64,000 bases of DNA from contig OZ024742.1 of assembly GCA_964016885.1 (NCBI GenBank), forward strand, positions 316,324,001 through 316,388,000, given 5' to 3'. The notes beneath the pieces are model-generated. The model was not told the DNA's origin and searched no databases. It saw only the letters and a list, made by a program, of their open reading frames with translations. The stretch is from Eledone cirrhosa (taxonomy: Eukaryota). Both the position numbers and the translations under genes were made by a program. This document shows positions 14,157 through 28,682 of this stretch, piece by piece (positions within the stretch are counted from its first letter, which is position 1; every line of letters begins with the position of its first letter).

Positions 14157-17100
14157 TTCTTCTGGTTTTATAATTTCACAAATTTTTTCCCAATACAGAG
14201 AGAGTCGGTTTCTAACATAGACACAAGACTCTCTCATTGGAATTTACACAACATCAACTAGGTAGATTATGTATGCATGCATGTGTAGATATGGATGTTA
14301 TTGTATGTGTGTATGTGTATGTTTTGAGTTGTATGTGTGCATGTGTATATGCTTTGTATCTGTACATGTGTATATGCAGTTATTGGATGCAAAATGTTTG
14401 GAATGTTTTACATATGTTTACTGTTCCATTATGGATTGTACTTGTAATTTCCTAACTAGTTGTGTTATTTCTGTTCCTGTGAAGCCTAGCTTCTCAAGAT
14501 TTGTATTGAGGCAGTTACTAACATACCACAGTGCCCCAATAATCACAGGCATAAATCTGAAGGTGTAATCAGGGTGGAGTATCTGCAGATTTCTCATCAG
14601 TTCTGCATAAATATTCTCCTTTTCGCTAATCTTTGATATTATATTGGTATCTGCTGGGCAGCTAATTTCCACTACTGTGCATGCTTTCTTCTCCCTGTCC
14701 CATATCATAATATCTGGTCTGTTATGCCTGCATTTTATTGGGGTTTTTACTGGAACATTCCACCAGTACTCTTTCATATTATGTACATGGATGTCTTCCA
14801 CATTGCTGTAGATTTTAATGTGTTTATTATCGGGGCTATCTTTTTACGAACTGCATTGTACAGTATTTTGGCCACTACATCATGCCTCATAGGTAGATAG
14901 TACCGCGATGAGATCTTTGGACAGCTGCTGATGACATGCGTGATATCCCCGATGTTAGTTCTGCATAGTCTGCACTTGTTATCACATCTAGGCGTTTTGC
15001 CTGCATCCCTGTCTCTTTTGTGAATCAGGTATTTCGTGTTAATCTCCTGTTCTTGGATTGCAAAAGCGTATCCTTCAAAGTGGGAGCCAATATAGTGGTT
15101 GTTGGTCCAAGATAGACTACTTTCCTTATCTATATTACTCTCACTCTGGAACTTCCTGGCAACATATCCACGCATGATTTTTTGCTGATAAGTATGTAGT
15201 TTTTCATCCATGGATTCACTGCGATACTGCTGAGCGACTTCCCTGGGTGTGAGTTTTTGATTATCACACAGGGAATATCTCTCGAGGAGTTCCTTCCCAA
15301 CTCTCACGATCTTATCTGTTTCATGCAGATATACTTGCTCGAGAGATGGGCTCCTACACTTCGAGGTTCGTAAATGTTGTCGGAGAGCTATGATGCGACA
15401 TTCAAATGCTGTCTGCTGGACTGATGTTAGGCCTCTGCCTCCCTGCTTACGTTTCAAGTAAAGGCGATCTAGGTCACTGTTGATGTGGAAGTTTCCAGTG
15501 TTGTTTAGTATTTTTCGAGTTCCAACATCAACTGCTCGGATTTCGTCTATCGTCCAATTGAGTATTCCAAAGGTTGGTGTTAGGGCAAGAACAGCAAACA
15601 CATTGTGAGCCACTGTTTTGTTTGGCGCAGAGAATTCCGATGACCAAATCATTCTTAATCGGGTGTAGTATTCCCTGGTTACGCGTTCTTTATTACAGAT
15701 ACCATTATAGGATATGTTCTCATCTATCCCCAGGTATCTGTAGCAGTCCTCATCAGATATCGGTGAAACAGTTAGGCCATTGATGACAATGTTGCTAGAT
15801 TGGGTTGTTGTTTTTCCCTGCTTTACAGTCATGTATGAGCATTTATCTTGGACAAACTCTATTCCTACATCCTTTGAGAACGTTGTAACCAGGTCACGAT
15901 TTTTCTTCATCCTATCCATGTTCTTGGCATAGAGTTTCAGATCGTTCACAAAGAAATTATGGGTCAGGTTCGTATTTCTGTCCTCCTGTGAGCCAATGAT
16001 GTATCCCTCACATTTCTTGAGCAGAAAGGACAAGGGGTTTAATGACAAGATGAATAATATCACAGACAGACTGTCCCCCTGAAATATACTCCTGCGATAT
16101 TTTATTTTATCAGTGAAAATAGAGTCCTCCCTCTCTGTCTTTAACCTTAGGATAGTAGCCCAAGAAGAAGACAGCTTCTCTATGGCTCTGACAATAATGT
16201 ATGGGACTTTAGCAAGTTGGAGGGCCTCTATCGTCCATGAGTGGTGAACAGAATCGAAAGCTTTCCTGTAGTCCAGCCAGACTGTAGCCATATTCCTCCT
16301 AACTTGTCGCACCTCCGACATCGCAGTTTTTTTTTATTAGGAGTTGTTCAGCACATCCCCAAACCCCTTCCTGTCCAGCTGCTTGTTCACCTGTGATGAT
16401 GTTATTATTTTCACAGTGATCTTGGAGGAATAGGTTCAGGCAGGCTGTATACATCTTATACATCAGGTTCTGGCATTCAATGGGTCGGTAGTTTTTTTTA
16501 TCTAGTGGGTGTCTTTGTTCTTGGGGACCAGTAATGTTTGTGATAATGTCAACCATTCTGGTATCAGTTCTTTGTACCAGTAGCCGACAATCATGTCTCT
16601 TCCTGGTGTTTTCTTATCTTGGAGTTTTCCTATCACTGTCTCAAGGGCACCTTACTTATTTCGTATATTTTTGTTGTAGTGTAGGAGCAATAGTTCTTTC
16701 GGATTTCTCTTAGCCACACTGCATCTTGGTTGAAATTCTTCTTTTCACCCCATATTTGGCTCCAAAAGGATCTATGTCTTTCTGGGATGGGGCCTCAGTG
16801 ACACTTATTATTTTGCCATTCATATCTCTATAGACTGATGTTTGGTTTCGTCTGAATCTTTTATTAAGCACTTTTCTCTCATCTACCTTCTTCAGGTATC
16901 GGCGTTTTTCACTAACAGCTCTCAATTCTTGTATGAGGGTGATCAGATTGAAGAGTTCTGGTTCTACTGTTACCAAACATCGTCTCTATTTTATTTTTCA
17001 CTCTTTGTATTTGTTTGCATGTAAGGAGCATTGTTACATATCCTATGGTTTTTCGTAGGTCAGCAATCTTTTTTTCTATTTTAGTTATATATGATGGTAT

Positions 17101-18190
17101 TTTTGGTGGTGTTCTCTTCTTGTTAATATCTCTGCTATCACCAAGATAATGCTTCACTGTCGTTGCTAAGGCATATAAACAGGCGTTGATTTGCCAAAAT
17201 GTTGGGGTTTTTATCCGTCGTAAATATTCATCCCCTATTTCGTCAATAACACGTAATATTTGATTTTTTTAATTTTTTTATTTTTTTTTTATTAAACATT
17301 GTTGTTTTAACACGTTCAGCAAGAGAGATATTTATACATGAATTAATTTCTCTCTGGAAGATTTCGTTGAGGGAAATTTTCAATTGTTTATACTTTTGAT
17401 TATTATCATTATCGATAGTATTTTCCACAACAGTCGAGGTAGACTCGGATGGTACACGTGGTGTCAAATTTCCTCGATTATTATTATTATCGATAGTGTT
17501 TTCCCCAGCATTCGAGGTAGACTTAGATGGTGCAGGTGATTTCAAGTTTCTTACAGGCATAGTTGTTTCAAGGCGCTGTTCGACCTGGCTGCTAGGAAGT
17601 CTAGTAGATTGGCGACCTGTAGCACGTGTTGTTGATCCCATGTTTGTTGTGGGTGACTTACAATTAATACTATTTATCTTATTTTTACGTTCAACAAACG
17701 TCGCTTGTTGGCATAATTGTTTCGCTGTGAAATAATTTAGCTCTGGGTGCATTTCGTCCCAGTGTAACTTCATTCTGTTCATATAGCCAATAGAGGGATT
17801 GTTTTTTGCTATTTTATAACAATTAAATAAATCATTATTAAGTTCGCAACTCCAAGAGAAATGCGATTTATAATTTCGGTCTCTTCTGTAGCTACAACTG
17901 AATAAAGTTTCTTTACCTTTCTTGTTGTTTGTTTTCGAGACTTCCTTAATTTTGTTGTTGATGTTGTGTTCAGCCATGCTGTTTGTAGCAAATCCTTGTA
18001 AAATGAATTATGTATTTAGTCGGATATCTCTACGAATTCGAATAAAAGGTGTCTTCAGAAGATATAGTTAGAAGAATAACCAGTTTTTCAACATGACTGT
18101 AGTTGTGGCATAACTGTCGGAGATAGTATTCATCTTAAATTTAATAAATAGTCTCCCACGCCAAAATATGCGACTGATCGCGTTGACTGT
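14157..18190 (-). mobile_element. R4/Dong-like non-LTR retrotransposon (RT + CCHC + restriction-like endonuclease), near full length, frameshifted
   Basis: Collinear ORF pieces 17243-17977, 16912-17157, 16710-16976, 16299-16556, 14774-16321, 14418-14801. Motifs NYRPI, WLDYRKAFDSV, IFQGDSLS, FFVNDLKLY, YRYLG, KQGGRGL, CRLC...THVISSCP...RHD, RPDIMIWD..VEISCP. Both ends in (TATG)n. Confidence 0.88.
14418..17977 (-). pseudogene. Disrupted R4/Dong-like polyprotein
   Basis: At least five frame breaks; the catalytic xxDD motif reads VND. Confidence 0.8.
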
Positions 18191-18326
18191 ATAGTATGTT
18201 ATGTATCTATGTATATATGTATGTTATGTATGTATGTGTGTGTGTATGTAAGTAATTAAGTATGTATTTATGCATGATTGTATGTATGTAAGTACATACG
18301 TATGTATGTATATACGTATGTATGTA

Positions 18327-19122
18327 TTCTGGTTTTATGTTTTTTATTTTCACCACTAGAAAAAGAGCCAGTTTCTAACACAGAAACAATACGTTTTTTA
18401 TTTAAATATAGACAGCATCAAGTAAATATATAGATATGAATCTGCATCTGCTTGTGTGTGTCAGCAGGAATGAATGTTATTGCATGTGTGGGTCTATATA
18501 TGTTGAGCTATATGGGCAGATATACATATCTTTCTATATCTATACGTGTTTATTCGCAGTTAATACATGCAAAATTCCGCGAATGTTTTACGTATTCTTA
18601 CAGTTCCATTAATACAATTTTCTAACTGGCCTTACTCACTACGGTTCTGTGAAGCTCAGCCTCTCAAGATTTGTACTGATAAGCTAGTAAGATCTTCAGA
18701 TTCCTAATTAGTTCAGCATAAATGTTCTCTTCGTTAATCATTAACATTATATTAACACCTCCTGCACAGCTGATTTCCACTACAGCGTATGTCTTTTTCT
18801 CTCTGTCTCATTCACTATGTGTGGTCTATTACATTTATCTTTTAGATTTGACTAGAACATTCCACCTGTACTTTTCGTATTAGGTGAGCGTATGCCATCT
18901 AGAACGCTGTAACGTTTATATATTTTCCTTAATACTATCATTTCTACGGATTGCATTGTATAATGTCTTGGCCACCCTATTATGTCCGCTAGGTAGGTAG
19001 TATCGTGATAACGTTCTTGGACAGCTGTTTATGATGTCAGTGGCAATCTCGGTGTTTATTGTATAATTGTGACATCTAAGTATTTTACCTGCATCTGAAC
19101 CTTTTTTGTGCATCCGGCATTT
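18327..19122 (-). mobile_element. Degenerate 5'-truncated R4/Dong-like copy
   Basis: Similar to 14157-15040 (SCPR..SRYYLP..HN.VAK.LYNAIR), same 3' end TTCTGGTTTTAT next to (TATG)n. Confidence 0.8.
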
Positions 19123-19133
19123 CATTATGTATG

Positions 19134-19382
19134 TTCTTCTGGTTTTATAATTTCACAAAGTTTTACCAATAGAGAAAGAGTCAGTTTCTAACATAGACAC
19201 AAGACTCTCTCGTTGGAATTTACACAACATCAACTAGGTAGATATGTATGTATGCATGTGTCGATATGGATGTTATTGTATATGTGGATGTGGATGTTTT
19301 GAGTTGTATGTGTGCATTGCTTTGCATCTGTACATGTGTATATGCAGTTATTAGATGCAAAATTTTTGGAATGTTTTACATA
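19134..19382 (-). mobile_element. Short 3'-end copy of the R4/Dong-like element
   Basis: Highly similar to 14157-14414; flanked by TATG repeats. Confidence 0.85.
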
Positions 19383-19436
19383 TTGTATGTATGTATGTAT
19401 GTATGTATGTATGTATGTATGTATGTATGTATGTAT

Positions 19437-19960
19437 GTCCGGTCACTCTTGAGTGCTAATGGTAACATGTAACCTGTCTTATGGTCGGGTCGTCGGCGAC
19501 TAAACCGGCAACCCCACCAAGTTTACTTGGTGAGGAGCGTGATTTTGGACTCCTGCAGGACAAAAAACAAAACCTGACAATGGGCGGAAGAACTCATAAG
19601 AGTCACGGCCATCCGAAAGTGTGTAAATATGTATACAGACATGTACCACGTGGTTAAACCACTGGGAGTGAAGGACCCCTACCATTTGTCAGGACATTCT
19701 TCTAGGAGAAGGCAACTCAGGAAACTGGGATAACTCCGATATAAAATCTGCGGCTCAGTAGTTACCGATGATGTTGATGTTTTCTTCTTTTCGGGTTATA
19801 GCTACTGTCGCTCAGAGAATGGGATTGGCTCAGTGCACAGTTTTTCCTCACTTTAAAAAATATCTTCACGCACAGGCATTGCACGATAGAATTAATTAAT
19901 AATTATTAATAATGGTATATCGTGCAATGGCCATACTCGATAACGAGGGGGCAGCCATCA
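19437..19960 (+). mobile_element. RTE-derived non-autonomous element with (TGTA)n tail
   Basis: Contains a CTAGGAGAAGG.AACTC motif typical of RTE 5' UTRs; ends GGCAGCCATCA(TGTA)n; homologous to 50-200, 52810-53420 and 62155-62764. Confidence 0.65.
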
Positions 19961-20319
19961 TGTATGTATGTATGTATGTATGTATGTATGTATGTATGTA
20001 TGTATGTATGTATGTATGTATGTATGTATGTATGTATGTATGTATGTATGTATGTGTGTGTGTAAGTGTGTATGTATGAAAGTATGTCTTATTATACATA
20101 TAATTATGGTAAGCTCGTGTGTAGGTACGTTCGTCTTTCGGCAGGCATACATTTACCTTCCAAAGGCAGTAATTTCTTTCGACAGATTGATGGTTGTCAA
20201 GGTCGGTATCATTGACGTCATTGTCGTCCCAGTTGGATATTGATCACCTGCACCCTGAAAAATAATAGTGGAAAGCAGCATCGATGGTTTTTCCGGACAT
20301 CGATCAATCTGGCAAGTTA

Positions 20320-20913
20320 TTGGTTGACTGCATGTCCGTCATGGATTAACAGTAGGCCTTAGAAATGCTTGTCGGTACCCTTCGCCTCTCCAAGCGTCCA
20401 GCTCTTCACTAAGTTTAGCCTGCGAGCATAAACAAGTACTGGAGTGTGGCTTCAAAAGAGCATGAAACCCAAAGTAGGAGTCAGGTGAGAACCAGTGTAT
20501 CCGTCCTTCCCGCTGCCGGACAACAATGTTTTATCACTATCCGAATATTGAAGCAGAAGTCCAAGAACTCCCCACTAGACCAGAGAATGTTTCAAAAAGA
20601 TATGGAATGGAGATGAGCTCAGTACAGAGAACAAGATTCTAGTGTATAATCATAATCAGAATACAGTAACCCACATCATGCTGAACTGAAGGAATTTAAA
20701 GAAGTGAGCTCTTTCAAATACCTAGAATCCATTTTGACAAATGGCAGCAGATCACTAAAGGAGATGCGAATAATGACAAGACTTTGGCTAGACCCTTCTA
20801 CCATAACAAAGCTGAACATCATATATAAACGCAACTCAATTAGTTTCTCAATGAGGCTCACATTGTACAAGACCGTGGTGAGTTTGATCCTTCTGTATGG
20901 GTGTGAGAGTTGA
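20320..20913 (+). pseudogene. Degenerate RTE-clade LINE reverse transcriptase fragment
   Basis: Remnants YGMEMSS, EVSSFKYLESILT, RLTLYKTVVSLILLYGCES(W>stop). Confidence 0.75.
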
Positions 20914-22177
20914 AGTCTACCCCCCTCCCCGACACGTGACGAAGAATTTAGTATGTCTTGTATTTTGGCCTAAGTAACCTTGGTTTTCGTCCCTCAAAAC
21001 ATTTTAGCCGATTTTTTAACATTATTTTCATTGTAGCAAATCTGAGTTTGGATTTCAACATTTAAAATAATATTACGCATACACACGCACACACGCACGC
21101 ACCCGCCCCCACATACACACACGCACACACGCGCGCACACATACACACGCACACACTCACACACACAGACATACACACACACTATTCGTGTATATATAGT
21201 ATTTTGGCGGTCCTCGTGTATGTTATTTAAAATATTTAAGCATATGGTATCAAAATGGTCGCGAATATCTAATTGAATTACAATGCAACAGCGATATCCG
21301 CAAATCGCCATTACGTTTATCTAGCTCCTAATCACACCGTTCAATATCGGGTCTATATGTAAGAAACCCAAAGCTTTAATTCGAAAATTAAATTAGAAGG
21401 AATTGATTTCTCTCTTAGATAACTAATTGAGAAATTAAATTAGTGATTTCACACAAGCACACGCATACGATAAATTTGTTCCTGAACTCGAATTTCATTA
21501 AAACGTGTAATATTTTACTTATAATTAATTCTGGATAACAACTGAGGTGAAAATTTTAATCATATTAAATTTCTCGTTACAAATATTTATATTAAACATT
21601 CTCGCGAGAAAAATTTCATCGAATGCAAACATTAATCGATACTAAATATGATATAATATTGTATAGTATATTATGAAATGATTAAATGAAATACGATATA
21701 ATTATTTCTATCGAAGCAGAATTAGTAATATGAAAACTAAATATAGTGTTTTATTACGATGTGACTTTACCTTCTACTTTGCCTTTCATACACGCCTAGT
21801 CAACAAAAAGAGTAGCTAAGTACCGGGATATTTTACCCGACTTTCTAAACTATTATTTATAGTAATGGCTAATATTATAGATATTTTCTGCTTTGGGGAT
21901 TTTCAAATTTTAAATTACCAAGTGATGCCATAATTTCTAATATATATGTATATATGATCCCGTGACTCCTGATAGAGTTGTAGGAGTGCTGTATTCACAT
22001 ACAGCGTTTCTTGGGCATTGTAAACCTGGCAAAGCCCATCCCTCTCCAGGCCTAATATATATATATATATATATTATTCCTGCTGACAACATCAAAATAT
22101 TCCTAACAAGCTCATATGTCCAAGGCTCTGATACCATCAACACTACACACAGAGCTGGCATATCTAAGAACTGACTA

Positions 22178-22233
22178 ACTGCCTGATGAGGTCATAGCCA
22201 TTCAATGGCTATCATCGAAATATATATAGCAGT
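22178..22233 (+). ncRNA. Minimal type I hammerhead ribozyme (family A; cassette ~22073-22277)
   Basis: ACTGC-CTGATGA-GGT(C)ATAGCCA ttcaa TGGCTAT(C)ATC-GAAA-TATATA-TA-GCAGT. Confidence 0.85.
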
Positions 22234-22274
22234 AAATAAAGGATTATGAGTTCATACAATTGACTTATGTTTCG

Positions 22275-22354
<80 letters not shown>

Positions 22355-22373
22355 TATATATACATATATATAT

Positions 22374-22880
22374 TAAACAAAGAAGATGTGGTAAGATACC
22401 AGGTGGACCATAACGCACCAGAATACTCGATACTTAGGGTAGTAGAGTGGGTAAAAGGAAAAGAGTCAGGACCTCGACGGCGGAGCTCCGGCCGTTTCGA
22501 CAAGCCCAGCTGTCGGGGTCCTGACTCTTTCCCTATATATATATAAATATATATAACGAAGGAAATGTGGTAAGGAACCAGGTGGACCATAACGCACCAA
22601 AGTACTCAATACTTGAGGTAGTAGAGTGGGTAATAGGAACCAGTAAGACCCCGACAGCTGAGCTCAAGCCGTTTCGAAACGGCTTGAGCTCAGCTGTCGG
22701 GGTCTTACTGGTTCCTATAAATATATATATAGAGCTCAAGCCGTTTCGACGGCTAGCCGTCGAAACGGCTTGAGCTCTGCCGTCGGGTCATACATTTTCC
22801 TATTACCCACTCTACTACCCTAAGTATTGAGTACTCTGGTGCGTTATGGTCCATCTGGTTCCTTACCACAACTCCTTCGA
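22374..22880. mobile_element. Three adjacent family C cassettes (22374-22533 minus, 22555-22718 minus, 22731-22880 plus), each a hammerhead 3' half with fold-back
   Basis: GAAAC-GGC-loop-GCY-GTC-GGGGTC followed by a shared ~100-nt tail. 22633-22718 is a spacerless perfect 86-bp palindrome. Cassettes are separated by (TA)n. Confidence 0.78.
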
Positions 22881-22903
22881 TATATATATATATATATATA
22901 CAA

Positions 22904-23161
22904 TGTAACGGGAGGAAACAATAGCACCAATGACGATGTTGCAGATGTGCAACGAAAGAACTTTGTTAAACTATATATATGTGTTTGTGTCTATATTGTA
23001 TCTGTATTATTTTTGACCGTCGGTCAGTCAATGGTAACATTGAGGACCGAATAAGTTAGATTACCGATATAAAAGACACAGAAGCGAAAACCAACCAAAC
23101 AGTGAGTGTGTTCTGTTATTAATTCTGGCAATATTACACAAATATGACCCTCCCCAAGTAT

Positions 23162-23165
<4 letters not shown>
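22904..23165 (+). repeat. TG...CA-bounded dispersed repeat (solo-LTR- or MITE-like); related copies at 40495-40599 and 41072-41213
   Basis: Shared end TGACCCTCCCCAAGTATAACA; the 40495 copy begins with its reverse complement TGTTATATTTTGGGAGGGTCA. Confidence 0.5.
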
Positions 23166-23226
<61 letters not shown>

Positions 23227-26200
23227 TATATATGTATATATATATGTATATATTACATTTAAAATGATATATGCCATGTTTTAGATAATCTCGAACATGT
23301 GACTTATCACCTAAGAATAAGCTCAAAGAAAAATTCAAGTAATAAATCTGAGCATTTAATCATTACAAAATAGTGAGTGACATATATACATACATATATA
23401 TATCTAATGATATATATGTACAATAGAACATATAAACTTTATCAGGAGATTACCGAATGTGTATCTTTTAGTGCTCTGGGAATGGACGCAAGGTCGAATG
23501 GTTAAGAACATCATTTATCAACTCCGTTTAATCTTGCCGATAAATCCCAGCCTTGTAATCAACCCAATACCTTTGAGTGAAAATGCGTAGACAGAAATTA
23601 TTTGAAAGACCGTTGGATAAACTGTATCTGTATGTATATGTGTCGGTGTGTTTGTGTTTATTTGTATAAACGTATGTATCTACATGAATATTTTCCCATA
23701 TACATACACATGAGTACGAGTCTCTCAAATCAACAAAGCAGTAGCATCTAAACATTAGAAAGAGTTTAATGTTAGAGCTATGAAAAAAATCATATTTGGA
23801 GCTATTGTATTAATATATATTGTCACATCAATTCAGTGTATTTGCAACAGATTATTTAGTGCTTTATATATAGTAATTGTTTTCAGTTTCATATTTGAAT
23901 CTCCGCGAGGTTCACAAATGTTTCTAATTTCCTTTCACAGGAAAATGCAACAATGATTATATAATATGAAAATGCGGTCCTTTAGATTATTGACTTAAAG
24001 TTAGCAATCATCATGGATAAGTATGAAAGACTCAACAGTAAAGAAATATAGAGATGTCAGTACAATTCTCGTAATTCTTGTCTGCTGTATGATAAATAGC
24101 TTTATTAAATTGGCTTGTGAGTAGAGTCTGCTCAAATATAACCTAACGCATCTCCAGATGACAGAACAACGTGGAAGCCGTATTAGAAATTAATATATTG
24201 AGTATAGTACCACATTTCTTACAAACATAAACGTTTTTTTCTTCGGCATCTCAGCATTATAAAGTCAAGATTTGTTTTAGATTTTTTGTTCACTTGGCTA
24301 CCTCTGGGGGATATTAGGAAAGTGAAAATTTGCCTACATTTTATATTTTATAAATAATAACTATTAATATACGAATTTTAGGTTATGGAAGAGGAACGAA
24401 CATTTAATCTCTTGGTGACTTGGGAATGTAAGCTAGTATTTTTTGCTCTCGCCAATAACAACTTCTAGATACTAAAGTTGTGAAATAAAGTCTTGTTTCT
24501 AGTGTGAAAAGCAAATATTTAACGTCTTAAATATTGAAAGTAGATTGTTGATAATTTAAGTCAATATCTGTACTGAAGTTTTTTTTCTGATTCAATATAT
24601 ATGATTTAGCTGAACATTACGTGAATAGCGTGCTACTGCGTGCATTAGTATGAAACTCAAAGGAAAGAGATCAATCGTAAAACCGACACACGTTTAACTA
24701 GTAGACCTTTAGATAGCAGAATACTTGTCCTATGTATTCTTCGATACAATTTACAGCGACTTTTGAGGAAGAAAATATTAAATAAATATTAGAAAAATAG
24801 GTCATAATACACTCTTCAAAAATCAACACAAAGGCTTGTTTTATGAGTTAGAATATATGAAAACAAGTAATATAGTAAAATCCCATGAGGTTGGTTTACT
24901 AATGTTCAAATAATTCAGCTGAAGTGTCTGAACTGAAAGTAATCATTAATTACTTAAGGGAATACAGGAGTAAGTATGTATAATTGGGAAATAAAGAAAT
25001 ATGAATGCTAATGAATGCAATTATAAATTGTATCATATTAAACATTTTCTATTTTATTAGTTCAATAGATGACTTTATAGCTGGCCTTCCAACCATAAAA
25101 GTTGGGTGAACATTTTAAGAAAATTTTAGACGCGATTGACAAGAATATCAATGAATATAATTTATGGAAGTGTTTGAATATTGAAATGTTAAGAAATGTA
25201 AAATTAAAGTTAATTTTGGAGTTATCTTACATTCTATTCTATAGATCATTGAACTATACAGCTAATATTGCTTGTTATCAGACAGGGAAATAAACTTTAT
25301 TCACTCCAGTTTAATTTGTTGAGAAATGGTTAAGATTTCGTACTAGGAATTACAGGAATTTACAGAAAGAGATTCACCTCTCACACTTTATGCTACGCTA
25401 AACATACTATGCTTAATAGAACTGAAATAACCCTTCTCCGGCTTGGATCTTTAGAGCCATAGCAAATTCTGTTTGACAATGGAAAATAAGTCAGCACAGT
25501 AGTTGTGGAATTGTAGTGGAATAATTATGGCGTAAGCGGCTGGGGACTGCAGAAAACTTTGTTATTGATATTAAATATACACAAGAGAGGCTCTTCAAAA
25601 ACCATATCTATTGAACCAAACTTTTGTGATTACTCTCTCTATAACTAATTCAACCGACTATCTCTACAGTCTGCTGGAATTAGCTAGGCTGATAAATGGT
25701 AATCGACAAAGGAAAGTCGTCAAGGATATGACTAAGTTAATTAGAAAAAGAATTAAGATTAGCAGCCTTTTCACGACAGCACATCAACTTTGGATCTCTG
25801 CCTAATTAAGCGGTATGGCCCGGAAATTTGCCTCTAATGCGATAGGTCACCGTCTTAAATGATAACATCATCAACCTTAAAATTCTTAAAATCGATATCT
25901 GTTAATAGTATAACCATGTAGTAATTGAATAGTAGTAATAAAGATAGCTTGATACTGAATTATTGCTTCGGTATCTTATATTTGGTTTCAAACCCGATGG
26001 TTGATAACTATCTGGTAACTTGGTATGATCTCTTGCAGATAAGACAATATTCTGAAGGAAACATGTTATAATTATGAGATTTTAAATTCTTTTAGTAGCA
26101 GTAGTATGATGTTATCGTTCTAGAGAATCACTATATATTTTTACCTAACACCCGAACGAGACAAGCCTCTATATTGCTGCTTGACCTGCTAGCAACGGTA

Positions 26201-26615
26201 ACCATAGCTCACTCAAATCACAACGTATCAACTGAGAAAAACGCGGAGACGAAGGATTATGTACGCATGGATATACAAGAGCATGAAGGTTACATCAGAA
26301 CTCTTCTTGATCGGAGCAGAAATACAACTTGAACAACCTGACTCCTGACATAACTTTTCTTTATAGAAAATCTCTTTAGTTGGTGTTTTTTTAAAACAGT
26401 TATCTATATTAAACCTATTTATTCCTTTTCCCAGTCTTTATAAAATATATTGCTGCAGGTGAAATAGTCATTGAATCATTTCTTGCAGCTTTGCAAATCT
26501 GTAATTTAAATCAATAATGTCACAGTATTGAAGGTGACTGGAATTGGCCAGATGTATTCTGGTATGGCATTGTTCAGGAAATTTATTTGGAAGAGGTTAT
26601 TCTGTTAGTTATTTG

Positions 26616-26694
<79 letters not shown>

Positions 26695-27527
26695 TCTGCG
26701 TACGTACTGAACATTTAAGGCAGTTATTACATTGCCAATATAATATATAATTAATGCAAGAAATTTAGGTATACAATTTCTTAATTAAAATTTGTGACCA
26801 AGATGTTATCAGACACATCACCTTTTGTCTATAAATAATTCAATTCACATCTGTTCATCAGGAGATAAATGATAGTTATCGAAATTAGTCTTATACTTAT
26901 TTAATTGTTTAAATGCAGATAAAGTGTACATCTCTCTGAAAAGAAACATCTATTTTCAGCATAAACTATTCTGTCAAAAAGTCTTTGATAGACTGACGCA
27001 ATTTTAAATATGTCATAAATATTTTAAAAACACCCTTTAGATATAAATTAAAATGATAAACACGTAAACATATAACTATATACTTCTATATAATAGCTAT
27101 CGACTCGCTATCGAGTATAACCACTTTTTGCGTCCCTGTAAAATTGCAATGTCTCCTCAACATGTACTCTCAAGATGACAAAAATAATCAACAGTATGGC
27201 AGAGCAAGACTCTACCATCTAGGCACAGAGAGTAATTGAAAGTATCATCAGAAGAATTCCGACTGCGCTAGCCTCTATACTATAGAATTGGCGGTATTTT
27301 CTTTGTCGTAGTTGCTCATGATATTGTGATTGTAACGACACAAGCTTCGCCGCCTGTATATTGTTCCAAGATGTCTACATCATGACCTGCGCTTAGTGGA
27401 AGATAAAAGAAAATAAAGATAAAAGGAAAAAAGTAGAACAAAATGGGTGCAAAAAAGTGTCTATACGTGAGAGTTAATAGTAAAGGCCTTAGTGAGACAG
27501 AAACTTAATACATACGTACAAACGTAC

Positions 27528-27656
<129 letters not shown>

Positions 27657-27726
27657 CCCCCACACACAAACACACACAAATACACATACACACACACACG
27701 CATGCATATATATATTTATATATATA

Positions 27727-28520
27727 CTAGCAGCAGTACCCAGAGTTGCCTGGGTAGGTAAAATAATATCTGCTTTGATGAAAAGGTATTGATCTTAGCG
27801 ACTGCTTCTCGATGACTCATCTATGGCCACACACAGGCCATGCGGGGGAGGGTGGTGATGACCTTTATCACTGAGAAACGCGGGTGACTGACAAAGGGGC
27901 ATGCTGGGGAAGGGAGTTTCGAATTTGAACGAAATCGTTTGAAAAATGTGGGAGCTAGAGTCGAAAAGGCGGAAATTTGAGCGAAAAGATGGTATTTTCG
28001 AATATTTAAGCGGCTGCCACGCCGTTCTTGAACAACAAATCCAAAATGTAAAACCACCATATAACGTGAAATAATCAGATCTAGCGTAGTATAAAATCTG
28101 AACAGAGTACGTTGATTAATGTGGGAGCTAGAGCCGAAAAAGTGGAAATTTGAGTCTAAAAGTATTATTTTTGAATATTTAAGCGGCTGCCACGCCGTCC
28201 CTGAACAACAAATGCAAAATATAAAGCCATTACAGGATGTGCAATGATAAATTCTATTTTGCTTTAAAATTTGAACGAAATCGGTGGCAAAATGTGGGAC
28301 CTAGAGCCAAAAATCTTATTTTTCGATACCTAAAAAAAGGTGGCCCCCTATCGATTTTTATCTGCAGAATGACCCCGGAATAAAAAACGATACGCTGATA
28401 TATAGAAAACACTACCCGATGACTAATCTATGAGCCTGTAAAGTTTCTTGAAAATCGGTCGTAAGATGTAGGCCCATATAGGTAATACACAGACACACAC
28501 ATACTTAATTTTATATATAT
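27727..28520 (-). mobile_element. Non-autonomous Helitron-like element with internal ~170-bp tandem repeats
   Basis: Minus-strand 3' end: ACCCAG-loop-CTGGGT hairpin then CTAG|T. Repeated units ATGTGGGAGCTAGAG at ~27946, ~28119 and ~28292. Confidence 0.7.
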
Positions 28521-28610
28521 ATGTTATAGTAGGAGAGAGCGAAGTTTCAGTTCAACATATTTTATTCACGTGTAACGTGTGTTTCGTAATTGACCAGCTC
28601 GGAACCCTAA

Positions 28611-28682
<72 letters not shown>

